Part shown: positions 9,347 to 18,046 of the stretch, one piece after another
Layout: each line of letters starts with the position of its first letter
Position numbering within the stretch: position 1 is the first letter of the stretch
Source of the DNA: Planctomycetota bacterium
GTDB lineage: Bacteria > Planctomycetota > GCA-002687715 > CAIWVZ01
Direction: 5' to 3'
Length of the DNA stretch: 64,000 nt
Assembly: GCA_044222185.1 (NCBI GenBank)
Contig: JBGANV010000003.1
Coordinates: 576,001-640,000 of the forward strand
The notes under the pieces: model-generated
What the model saw: the letters and a program-made list of their open reading frames with translations, nothing else
The model's database searches: none
Told to the model about the DNA's origin: nothing
Made by a program: the position numbers and the translations under genes

Positions 9347-10624
9347 ATGACGACGGTTCAGAAGGACAGGAGTCAGGAACGGCAGAAGGAAATGATCGCC
9401 CGGCACTTTCACCGCCTGGCGCTCGCCCCACATACCGGTGAGAAGTCGGTCTACACCTTCGTGCCTGGGAATCTGACGGAGTTGCTCCTGGCGTTCGATC
9501 TCCTGCCCGTGTTGCCCGAGATCAACGCGCTCCAGGCCGGCATGCGTGGACAGAGCGGTGACCAGGTCATGAAGGCCGAGAAGCTGGGCCACTCGGAAGA
9601 CGTCTGCGCGTACGTGAAGGCGAGCATCGGCGCGCTTCACAGCGGCAACCTCGGCCCCACGGGCGAACGTCTCCCGAACCCGGACCTGTTGCTCCTCTCC
9701 TACACGGGCTGCTTCACGTTCATGAAGTGGTTCGAGATCCTGCGCGAGGAGACGAAGGCGCCGACCGTCATGCTCCACGTGCCTTACCAGGGCGACGGCA
9801 AGGTCACGCAGGAGATGCGCGACTACATCGTCAAGCAGCTGAAGGAGGTCATCATCCCGGCGCTCGAGCGCGTTTCCGGTCGAAAGTACGACGAGGACAA
9901 ACTGCGGGAGTGTCTGCGGCGCTCCGCGCGCGCGGAGGACGATCTGGTCGCCGTCCTCGAGTCGGCCAAGCACAAACCATCCCCCATCGATGGCTACTTC
10001 GGGGCCGTCTACTACGTGGGGCCGATCTTCTCGTCGTTCCGTGGAACGGAAGATGCCGTGCTCTACTACGAGGAGCTTCGTGCCGAGGTCGAGGAGCGGA
10101 TGAAGCTCGGACTGGGCCCCGTGACGCCGGACGGCCCCATGGCGAAGGAGAAGTACCGCCTCGTCGTCGAAGGCCCTCCGAACTGGACGCACTTCCGGGA
10201 GTTCTGGCGCATGTTCCACGCCGAGGGCGCGGTCATCGTCGCGTCGACCTACTCGAAGGTGGGCGGTGTGTACGACGACGGATTCCGTCACGACCCCGAC
10301 CGGCCGCTCGAGACGCTCGCCGACTACTGCCTCGGATGCTACACGAACCGGAACCTCTCGAGCCGCATCGACATGATCGTCCGCTACATGAACGACTACA
10401 GCGCGGACGGCCTGATGATCAACTCGATCAAGTCGTGTGACTCGTTCTCCGCCGGACAGCTGCTCATCCTCCGAGAGGTCGAGAAGCGCACCGGCAAGCC
10501 CGGCGGGTTCTTCGAGAGCGATCTGGTCGATCCTCGCTACTTCTCGGCGGCCAACATCAAGAACCGCATCGAGTCCTACCTGCAGATGATCGAGCAGCGC
10601 CGTGCGGGAAGGAGCGTCGCATGA
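9347..10624 (+). CDS. bcrB: benzoyl-CoA reductase subunit B (class I)
   Basis: TFVPGNLTEL, GHSEDVCAYVK, YTGCFTFMKWFE, NSIKSCDSFSAGQ and ESDLVDPRYFSAAN. Confidence 0.93.
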   Translation: MTTVQKDRSQERQKEMIARHFHRLALAPHTGEKSVYTFVPGNLTELLLAFDLLPVLPEINALQAGMRGQSGDQVMKAEKLGHSEDVCAYVKASIGALHSGNLGPTGERLPNPDLLLLSYTGCFTFMKWFEILREETKAPTVMLHVPYQGDGKVTQEMRDYIVKQLKEVIIPALERVSGRKYDEDKLRECLRRSARAEDDLVAVLESAKHKPSPIDGYFGAVYYVGPIFSSFRGTEDAVLYYEELRAEVEERMKLGLGPVTPDGPMAKEKYRLVVEGPPNWTHFREFWRMFHAEGAVIVASTYSKVGGVYDDGFRHDPDRPLETLADYCLGCYTNRNLSSRIDMIVRYMNDYSADGLMINSIKSCDSFSAGQLLILREVEKRTGKPGGFFESDLVDPRYFSAANIKNRIESYLQMIEQRRAGRSVA

Positions 10625-11946
10625 AGTGCTTCGTCGGAATCGACCTGGGATCCACCACGACGAAGGCGGTCGTCTTGGACGAGGACCAGAACGTTCTCGG
10701 CCGCGGCATCACGAACAGTCGCAGCAACTATGAAGTGGCCTGCAACATCGCGCGGGCGGAGGCGTTCGCCAGCGTGCGGTTCACGCTGTGCGCGCGCGCC
10801 CTTCCAGAATCGCTCCTCGCGAGCGAGGCCCGCGACCTGTTCCTCGACGCGCTCGAGCGTGCGTTCCGCCTCGGCCAGCATCACGAACAACTGAAGGGAC
10901 TCGGCGATCAGATGATCGAGGACGTGCCCGCCGTCGAGAAGTTCTTCCCCGGCGTGTCGCTCGAGGCTCCGCTGACGGACGTCCTGCAGTCGATGAAGGC
11001 CGAGGCCGAGGCACTGTTCGCACCGGGCGCCGCGCGGCGCTCCGACTTCTTCCGCGACACGGCGACGAGCCAGTACCACCGACTCGCCCAGGCGCGCGCG
11101 CAGGGACACAAGCAGACGTTCGAAGCTCTCCTCGGGGTGTTCGACAAGTCGATCCTGAAGGCCGAGAACCGCGAAGTGAACATCCCGTTCGAGACGGGAG
11201 CCGGCTGGGCCATCGATCGGGCGCTCGGGGTGATCGGCCTGCTCGGGACGAAGGAGGCGTCGACGATCCGCGCGGCGCTCGCGCGAACGTTCTCGATGCC
11301 GCTCGAGGTGATTGCGAGCGTCGGGACGGGTTACGGGCGCGCCACGCTGCCCTTCCCGCGCGAACAGATCCGGTCGGAGATCCTCTGCCACGGTCTGGGC
11401 GCCCATCGCATGTTCCCAGGCACCGCGACCGTCCTCGACATCGGCGGGCAGGACACGAAGGCGATTCAGCTCGACCCCACGGGGATCGTGACCAGCTTCC
11501 AGATGAACGATCGATGCGCCGCAGGCTGCGGTCGCTACCTGGGCTACATCGCGGACGAGATGAACATCGGCCTTCACGAGCTGGGCCCGCTCGCCCAGCA
11601 GGCAACCCGCCCCGTGAAGATCAACTCGACGTGCACGGTCTTCGCCGGTGCGGAGATCCGCGACCGCCTCACGCTCGGTCAGCGCAAGGAGGACGTCCTG
11701 GCCGGACTCCACCGCGCCGTGATCCTGCGCGCGATGTCGCTTCTCGCTCGCTCCGGCGGGGTGAAGAACGAGTTCACCTTCACGGGCGGCGTCGCGAAGA
11801 ACGTCACGGCGGTCCGAGTCCTCAAGGACCTCATCGCGCAGAACTACGGAACGGTGACGACGAACATCTCGGCCGAGTCCATCTACACCGGCGCTCTCGG
11901 CGCCGCCTTGTTCGCCTGGCGCGGCGCGGCCGTGCCTGCGGCATAG
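10621..11946 (+). CDS. bcrA: benzoyl-CoA reductase subunit A (ATP-binding activator, long Thauera-type form)
   Basis: GIDLGSTTTKAV, GITNSRSNY, GTGYGR, DIGGQDTK, MNDRCAAGCGRYL and INSTCTVFA. 441 aa with a large internal insertion. Confidence 0.93.
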   Translation: MKCFVGIDLGSTTTKAVVLDEDQNVLGRGITNSRSNYEVACNIARAEAFASVRFTLCARALPESLLASEARDLFLDALERAFRLGQHHEQLKGLGDQMIEDVPAVEKFFPGVSLEAPLTDVLQSMKAEAEALFAPGAARRSDFFRDTATSQYHRLAQARAQGHKQTFEALLGVFDKSILKAENREVNIPFETGAGWAIDRALGVIGLLGTKEASTIRAALARTFSMPLEVIASVGTGYGRATLPFPREQIRSEILCHGLGAHRMFPGTATVLDIGGQDTKAIQLDPTGIVTSFQMNDRCAAGCGRYLGYIADEMNIGLHELGPLAQQATRPVKINSTCTVFAGAEIRDRLTLGQRKEDVLAGLHRAVILRAMSLLARSGGVKNEFTFTGGVAKNVTAVRVLKDLIAQNYGTVTTNISAESIYTGALGAALFAWRGAAVPAA

Positions 11947-11956
11947 GAGCCGCGAC

Positions 11957-12802
11957 ATGAACTACACCGCAGGCATCGACGTCGGGTCCAGTGCGATCAA
12001 GACGGTGATCATGCGACACGATGGGCCCGTGCCCGCCGTGGTCTCACGGCGGTGCGACCGCCTTCGTCACCGCAACGTGGTCACCGTCGCGGACGAAGCA
12101 TTCGCCGGCGTGCTGACTGAGGCGGGACTCTCGCGGGGAGACATCGCCTACATCGCCACGACCGGCGAGGGCGAGCTGATCGAGTTCCGAACGGGCCATT
12201 TCTACGGCATGACGGCCCACGCGCGCGGCGCCGTGTTCCTGATCCCAAGGGCGCGGTCAGCCTTGGACATCGGCGCCCTGCACGCGCGCGCGATCGTCCT
12301 GGACTCCGGCGGACGCGTCGAGCGCTACCGGATGACGAGCCAGTGCGCGTCCGGGTCGGGGCAGTTCATGGAGAACATCGGGCGCTACCTGGGCGTCGCC
12401 GTCGAAGAGGTGGGGACGCTCTCCCTCGAGGCCGACAAGCCCGAGAAGTGCTCGAGCATCTGCGCGGTGCTCGCCGAGACGGACGTGATCAACATGGTTT
12501 CGCGCGGCATCCGCACCCCGAACATCCTGAAGGGCATCCACCTCTCGATGGCAGGACGCTTCGTCAAGCTTCTCGAGGCCGCGGACGCCGGGCCCGTCGT
12601 CGCCCTCACGGGCGGACTCGCGACGGACATCGGACTCCTGGCGGCACTGAAGGAGGAAGCGGCCAGGTCGCAGGCCGAGCTCGAGTTCATCGCTCACCCT
12701 GACGCGATTTACGCCGGAGCGATCGGTGCCGCGCTCTGGGCGCGTTTCCGTCTCGCGAAGCTCGAGGCACTCGGTGCCAGGCTCGCTGCGGGCCCCGCAT
12801 GA
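11957..12802 (+). CDS. bcrD: benzoyl-CoA reductase subunit D
   Basis: GIDVGS, ATTGEGE, GHFYGMTAHARGA, MTSQCASGSGQF and SSICAVLAETDVINMVSRG. Confidence 0.93.
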   Translation: MNYTAGIDVGSSAIKTVIMRHDGPVPAVVSRRCDRLRHRNVVTVADEAFAGVLTEAGLSRGDIAYIATTGEGELIEFRTGHFYGMTAHARGAVFLIPRARSALDIGALHARAIVLDSGGRVERYRMTSQCASGSGQFMENIGRYLGVAVEEVGTLSLEADKPEKCSSICAVLAETDVINMVSRGIRTPNILKGIHLSMAGRFVKLLEAADAGPVVALTGGLATDIGLLAALKEEAARSQAELEFIAHPDAIYAGAIGAALWARFRLAKLEALGARLAAGPA

Positions 12803-13512
12803 GCGACCTCGCATTCACTGGGCGCACGGTGATCGTCACCGGCGGCGCGTCGGGGATCGGTGCCGCCACGGCGGCCGCGTTCGCCACACGCGGTGCGACC
12901 GTGTATTCCCTCGACCGCGCGGAGGCCGCCGCCCCGATCCGATCGATCATCGCCGACGTGCGTGACCGCGGCGCCGTCGACGGGGCCGTCGGTCGCGTGG
13001 TGACGGATACCGGCCGCCTCGATGCCGTCGTCTGCTGCGCGGGAGTGACACGCGATGCCGTCGTCTGGAAGCTCACCGACGACGACTGGGACACCGTACT
13101 CGACGTGAATCTGAGCGGGGCGTTCCGGGTCGTTCGCGCCGCCGCGCCGCACCTGCGTGCGATGGGCCGGGGCGCCGTCGTCCTCGTGGCATCGATCAAC
13201 GGTGAGCGGGGCAAGCTCGGTCAATCGAATTACGCAGCCAGCAAGGCCGGGCTCATCGCCATGGCGAAATCGGTCGCGCGCGAGCTGGGCCGGTTCGGGA
13301 CACGGGTGAACGTCGTGTCTCCTGGAATGATCCAAACGCCCATGACTCGGTCGTTGCCGGAGGAGTTCATGAAGAAGGCGGTCGACGAGTCCGCGCTGGG
13401 ACGCCCGGGAGATCCCGCGGACGTGGCGAACGCCATCCTCTTCCTCTGCTCGGATCTCGCCCGGCACGTGACCGGGCAGGTCCTGCGCGTGGACGGGGGG
13501 CAGTACATGTGA
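12799..13512 (+). CDS. short-chain dehydrogenase/reductase (FabG-like; possible 3-hydroxyacyl-CoA step of the benzoyl-CoA pathway)
   Basis: TGGASGIG, YAASK and VTGQVLRVDGG motifs; ATGA overlap with the bcrD stop. Confidence 0.85.
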   Translation: MSDLAFTGRTVIVTGGASGIGAATAAAFATRGATVYSLDRAEAAAPIRSIIADVRDRGAVDGAVGRVVTDTGRLDAVVCCAGVTRDAVVWKLTDDDWDTVLDVNLSGAFRVVRAAAPHLRAMGRGAVVLVASINGERGKLGQSNYAASKAGLIAMAKSVARELGRFGTRVNVVSPGMIQTPMTRSLPEEFMKKAVDESALGRPGDPADVANAILFLCSDLARHVTGQVLRVDGGQYM

Positions 13513-13566
13513 GCGCCTGACGGGTTGCCACATGGCGACCCGGATCCGGCGCGGAGGGTCGACGTC

Positions 13567-14064
13567 GTGAAGACGAAGAATGACGATCTGGATCGAGAGG
13601 CCGGCGAAACGGGACTCGAGCACGTCTTGGTGAGAGACCTCCGGCCGACGGACCTGGACGCGATCGTGAAGATCGACGCCGAGTACTCAGGTCGCACGCG
13701 GCGCGAGTACTACCAGCGGAAGCTTGCCGAGGCGACGAAGGAGACGGGCCTGAAGATCTCCCTCGCCGCCGAGGTGTCGGGCGTGTTCGCCGGGTTCCTT
13801 CTCGGTCGCCTGTACTTCGGCGAGTTCGGGCTTCCTGAACCCACCGCCATCGTCGACTCCATCGGCGTGCGGGGCGACTTCCGCGGACGACACGTGGGTG
13901 CGGCGCTGTTCGCGCAGCTCGAAACGAACGTGCGCGCCGTCGGGATCGAGGTGCTCGAGACGCAGGTCGACTGGGATCGATTCCAGCTTCTGGGGTTCCT
14001 CGCGGGCCACGGCTTCAAGCCCGCCCCGATCCTGACCCTCCAAAAGCGGCTCGGCCGGCGCTGA
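13567..14064 (+). CDS. GNAT family N-acetyltransferase
   Basis: VRDLRPTDLDAIVKID and SIGVRGDFRGRHVGAAL (acetyl-CoA motif A), FLAGHGF. Probable start GTG 13567 after GGAGGG; the ORF track starts it at 13525. Confidence 0.8.
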   Translation: MKTKNDDLDREAGETGLEHVLVRDLRPTDLDAIVKIDAEYSGRTRREYYQRKLAEATKETGLKISLAAEVSGVFAGFLLGRLYFGEFGLPEPTAIVDSIGVRGDFRGRHVGAALFAQLETNVRAVGIEVLETQVDWDRFQLLGFLAGHGFKPAPILTLQKRLGRR

Positions 14065-14887
14065 CCGCGCCCCTCGATGAGGGCGGGGGCTGGCGAGCCT
14101 CGACGCCCCCCGGCCGGTCGCAGCCGCCCGTGGCTCGGATAGCCCGTTCGGGCGGGCTTGCTTCGGCGATGACACGACCGCTGCGCGGCCGGGAGCGGGC
14201 GGCCAGGCACACGGTCGGAAGCCCGGTTGGGCCCCCATGAACCCTGGCGATGAGCGCGGGCCTGCGTTGCACCCTCGGAACGCCCACCTGGCGGCGGGAC
14301 GGCATCACCCGGGCCCGTCGCTGACTCGCGGAGGTTGGTCTTGCGGCACCCCGCAGACCTGGGCGTCGCTCGACCTCACCGAGGACCGGTGGGGCGGGTC
14401 TGGTGTGCCTTGGATCGGAGCCCGCCCGGCATCGATACGGCCCACCGACGTCGCCCCAACCCTGAGAACGGGTCCCGGCAACCTCCCAGTGATCTGGATC
14501 CGGCCGCCATCCCAGGTTCGACCCGATCGGATCGGGAGCGGCGATCCGCCTCGGGCGCATCGACCGCTCGGCGGCCTCCATGGCGCCCTCACCCAAGAGC
14601 GAATCAACAGGTCTTCCACAATCGACTCCACTCCCTCGAGGCGACGGGCCTGACGGGTTCGCGCGATGACGACACGGACGGTCGAGACCGATCGGGTGGA
14701 CCGGTTCGACCCCGGCTGCGCGAAGGGCGATCCGAGCTGCGTTCCCTGCTCGACGGAGGTCGCTCGGCCCGGGCCGATTTTTTTTTCTGGCACCGCCATG
14801 GTGGGTGCCGCGGACTCAGCGTCGTGCCATCGAACAGGTGCAACACATCGCGCGCGAGCGAGCCCGATCACACGTTTCCGTGTGGGC

Positions 14888-14925
14888 AAAAAAAAGAGGC
14901 CGCACCGATCACCGGCGCGGCCTTC
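14888..14925 (-). terminator. Rho-independent terminator downstream of the Lys-rich peptide gene
   Basis: On the minus strand a GC stem-loop (gaaggccgcgccg / cggtgcggcctc) is followed by 8 T (plus-strand A-run 14888-14895). Confidence 0.85.
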
Positions 14926-14958
14926 ATCGATTGCGTTTTCAGCAACCGAAGGGAGTGC

Positions 14959-15045
14959 TCACTTGGCTTTCTTAGCCTTCTTCGCACCCTTCTTCGCTGC
15001 CTTCTTGGCGCCTTTTTTCGCGCCCTTCTTCATTGCCTTGGCCAA
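14959..15045 (-). CDS. 28-aa Lys/Ala/Gly-rich basic peptide MAKAMKKGAKKGAKKAAKKGAKKAKKAK (histone H1-tail-like)
   Basis: TTG start 6 nt after GGAGGT; repetitive AAG-AAG-GGC/GCG codons; TGA stop followed by an intrinsic terminator. Below the ORF-track length cutoff. Confidence 0.8.
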   Translation of the reverse strand: MAKAMKKGAKKGAKKAAKKGAKKAKKAK

Positions 15046-15050
15046 GGTCC

Positions 15051-15227
15051 TACCTCCAGAAATGGAAGGTACTCGATAGTTGAAAAGGTCCCGTAACCTT
15101 TTTGTGCTCACAGTGAGCACGCCCAGAAGTTAATTCGACGCATCAAAAGATGCAACAGGCATCAGAGATGCGCTCTTGATTTTTTTCGAACGCACGAGTC
15201 ACCGCACTGAAGAAGTTTTTCTTCAGT
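15051..15227. promoter_or_regulatory. AT-rich upstream region of the peptide gene with a series of inverted repeats
   Basis: GTGCTCAC-A-GTGAGCAC (15104-15120), AAAAGGT..ACCTTTT (15083-15102), GCATC-N4-GATGC (15140-15153), GCATC-N3-GATGC (15159-15171), ACTGAAGAA-N4-TTCTTCAGT (15206-15227), plus an anti-SD arm at 15063-15071. Confidence 0.55.
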
Positions 15228-15281
15228 CACGCCGACTCGAGAGCGTCGCGAGCACCATCGCTGCGTCGCGCGACGACGCAT

Positions 15282-15749
15282 TCAACGCGCGGCGCGATCG
15301 CGCCAACGCTCGTTCGGAGTGATTCGACGACTGAGGTTCTGAAGGAAGATCGACGCGAGCGCGCCGTTGTTCTTCACAGCCGACCAATCGGCATCGTCGC
15401 GCTTCAGCGGTTGCTCTTCGTTGGTGTTCTCCTCGGTCTCCTGACTGCACTTCGGCTTCCACCCGTCGTCGTCCGTTCCCTCGTAGGTCACCTTCAGGCG
15501 CGCGCGACGGCCCGTGTGCGAGATCGGCGAGAGGTTGACGTTCCACTCCGTCTCGATGGTCTTCGTGGTCCGGTCCTGGGTCGCAAGCTGCCACCCGCCG
15601 TCCTTCAGCTCATCGATGGACGACTGCCAGATGAAGTCGAACGGGACCTTGAACGCGTCCGGGCTCGCCTTCTCCTCGGGTTCGGGAGTGTTGCAACCAA
15701 GCCCGAGGACGAGGAAAAGGAACAGGGGAGCTGTGCGGGAGATCGGCAT
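15282..15749 (-). CDS. lipoprotein, possibly BamC/NlpB-like
   Basis: MPISRTAPLFLFLVLGLG-C lipobox. The IW...L...GW.....D.....IETEW pattern is reminiscent of BamC-type domains. Directly downstream of der. Confidence 0.6.
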   Translation of the reverse strand: MPISRTAPLFLFLVLGLGCNTPEPEEKASPDAFKVPFDFIWQSSIDELKDGGWQLATQDRTTKTIETEWNVNLSPISHTGRRARLKVTYEGTDDDGWKPKCSQETEENTNEEQPLKRDDADWSAVKNNGALASIFLQNLSRRITPNERWRDRAAR

Positions 15750-15811
15750 GTGTGGTTCTCCGACCCGGTGGATGGGCGAACCAATTGGTCCGGCCCAGGG
15801 CTCCGGGGACG

Positions 15812-17143
15812 TCAGGTGTCTTCGAACATCGACTCGCGCTTGCGGAACGAGATCCGCAGGGGGATCTCGTGGAAGCCGAAGGCCTCCCGGAACCGGTTCT
15901 CGAGGAACCGCCGGAAGTCGTCCTTGAAGGCCTCGGGCTCGTTCACGAAGAGGACGAACCACGGCGGGAAGACCCCAACCTGGGTTCCATAGAAGATCTT
16001 GGGGTACTTGCCTCGTGAGAGGCGCGGACCGCGGACCTCTGCGGCCTTCTTGATGACCTTGTTGACGTCGGGGGTCGGCACGCGGGTACCAGCCTGCTGG
16101 TAGAGGTCGAACGCGACGTCGATGAGCTCGTCCACCCGCTCACGCTCCTTGGCCGAGATGAACACCACTGGCGCGTAGTGGAGCAGCGGCAGCCGCGTGA
16201 CGAGATACTTCATGTACTTCTCGGTGTCGATCTCGTGGGCGAGATCCCACTTGTTGATCGCGATCACGCACGGCTTGCGGTTGCTCAGGATCCAGTCGGC
16301 GACCATCTTGTCGACCTGGGAGACCTCCTTCGTCGCGTCGATGAGCATGATCACGACGTCGGCGCGCTCGACGGCCTCGTGGCTGCGAACCTGGCTGTAG
16401 AACTCGATCGAGTCCGCCAGCTTGTTCTCCTTGCGCGCCCCGGCGGTGTCGATGGCGATGAACGTCCTCTTCCCCATCGTCACGCGAACGTCGACCGAGT
16501 CCCGCGTCGTCCCGGGGATCTCGCTGACGATCACGCGCTCCTCGCCGAGGATCGCGTTCATCAGGGTGCTCTTCCCCGAGTTGCGCTGCCCGACCATGGC
16601 GAGCTTGAGCTCCTCGCTCGGTTCCTCGTCCTCGCCGTCCATCCGCGGGGGCAGGATCGACAGGATCGCGTCCTTCAACGCCTCGATGCCGACGCCGAAG
16701 CGCGCGGCGATGTGGAGTGGCGTCCCGAGGCCGAGTTGGCAGAAGTCGTTCGCGTCGCCCTCGAATCTCTCGTGATCCACCTTGTTCGCCACGAGGAGGA
16801 TCGGCTTGCCGGCCTTGCGGAGGAACGACGCGGCCTTGCGATCGAGCTCCGTCAGCCCCTCCTGTGCGTCCAGGAGAAAGATCACCACCTGGCACGCGAA
16901 GACCGCGGCGTTGATCTGTTGTTCGACGTGAGCTTCGAGGTCGGCACGGTCGACGATCCCGATCCCGCCAGTGTCGATGATGTCGAAGGACCGCCCCTCG
17001 TGCGCGACGGTGGCAGCTACACGATCGCGCGTGACGCCCGGGGTCGGGTCCACGATCGAAATGCGCTTGCCGACGAGGGCATTCAGGAGAGAGGACTTGC
17101 CGACGTTGGGACGGCCCACGATGGCGACGGAAGGGCGGTTCAT
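15812..17143 (-). CDS. der: ribosome biogenesis GTPase Der (EngA)
   Basis: Two GTPase domains (GRPNVGKS/DTGG/NKVD and GQRNSGKS/DTAG/NKWD) plus a C-terminal KH-like domain. Confidence 0.97.
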   Translation of the reverse strand: MNRPSVAIVGRPNVGKSSLLNALVGKRISIVDPTPGVTRDRVAATVAHEGRSFDIIDTGGIGIVDRADLEAHVEQQINAAVFACQVVIFLLDAQEGLTELDRKAASFLRKAGKPILLVANKVDHERFEGDANDFCQLGLGTPLHIAARFGVGIEALKDAILSILPPRMDGEDEEPSEELKLAMVGQRNSGKSTLMNAILGEERVIVSEIPGTTRDSVDVRVTMGKRTFIAIDTAGARKENKLADSIEFYSQVRSHEAVERADVVIMLIDATKEVSQVDKMVADWILSNRKPCVIAINKWDLAHEIDTEKYMKYLVTRLPLLHYAPVVFISAKERERVDELIDVAFDLYQQAGTRVPTPDVNKVIKKAAEVRGPRLSRGKYPKIFYGTQVGVFPPWFVLFVNEPEAFKDDFRRFLENRFREAFGFHEIPLRISFRKRESMFEDT

Positions 17144-17931
17144 AGCTGTCCCATGAGCCTGTGCACCTGCGGCACGACGCGCACGTGGCGATGAACTTTC
17201 AACGCCGCGGCCTGGAGCGTGAGCGCCTTCTGCGCAGATGGGCTACGTCGCACGCTACCGAACGGCGACACCGGTTGCAGGATGAGCGGAACGTCCGGAC
17301 GCAGTTCGGCGACGGCCCTCGCCGCCTCCAGGACCTCGTCGATGGACGTCTCCTCGACGTATACCGCCTTCACGTAGCATTCGATCCCGCCAGAGGCGCC
17401 GAGGATCGCGCGGTGCGCATCGGCAAGGCACGGCTCACCGGTCGCCGAGGCCAGTTTCCAGTCCATGCTGAGCACGTCGACGACGTCCCGGACGCATTCG
17501 AAGGCCGCAGGGAGATTCGCATCGGTCTCGAGCAGGACGGCGACGCCGCGGCGGTGGATCTCCGGGACCGTGGCGAGGATCGCTTCCGGCTGAAGCAGGG
17601 GTTCACCCCCCGTGAAGGACACGGCGGAGTGAGGCACGCCCGCGTCGAGCCGCTCGCCGATCAACGCGGAGAGATCGGAGAACGCGACAGGGTTCGCACG
17701 CCGTTCGAATCTCCGCTCTCCCGGCGCGAGTTCGAGCCGGAACTCGGGCAGCTCGACGTGGCACGACGGTGTGTCGCAGTAGACGCATCGCATGTCGCAA
17801 TGCATGAACCGGACGAAGAGGTGACGCTCCCCGACGCGCGTACCCTCGCCCTGGATGGCCGAGAACATCTCGACCAGATCGGCGGCGCCAGCAGAGGCCG
17901 CCCGCGCCAGTCTTTCCGGAAACCACGTCAT
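17140..17931 (-). CDS. queE: 7-carboxy-7-deazaguanine synthase (radical SAM)
   Basis: EMFSAIQGEG, CDMRCVYCDT (CxxxCxxC), SFTGGEPLLQ and VRVVPQVH. Confidence 0.88.
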   Translation of the reverse strand: MTWFPERLARAASAGAADLVEMFSAIQGEGTRVGERHLFVRFMHCDMRCVYCDTPSCHVELPEFRLELAPGERRFERRANPVAFSDLSALIGERLDAGVPHSAVSFTGGEPLLQPEAILATVPEIHRRGVAVLLETDANLPAAFECVRDVVDVLSMDWKLASATGEPCLADAHRAILGASGGIECYVKAVYVEETSIDEVLEAARAVAELRPDVPLILQPVSPFGSVRRSPSAQKALTLQAAALKVHRHVRVVPQVHRLMGQL

Positions 17932-18046
17932 GGGCGGAGCGCCGGGCCGGGAATGCCGGTGGCTTGGCCACCGGACCCGAAGGAGTTGGATGCGCGCCGG
18001 ATGGCGGAGGCGGCGTCAGCGCCGCTCCGAGGCGACCCGCACGCGA

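Noticed and set aside
14660-14721. tRNA-like element (GGTTCGACCCCGG T-arm-like sequence with partial acceptor pairing)
   Set aside because: Only ~62 nt, no proper anticodon arm, 4-bp T-stem and no CCA; likely chance in GC-rich sequence.
14305-14889. 194-aa minus-strand ORF (and overlapping 14237-14653, 14335-15096)
   Set aside because: No recognisable motif or RBS; the minus-strand ORF begins within the terminator T-run; composition typical of spurious GC-rich frames.
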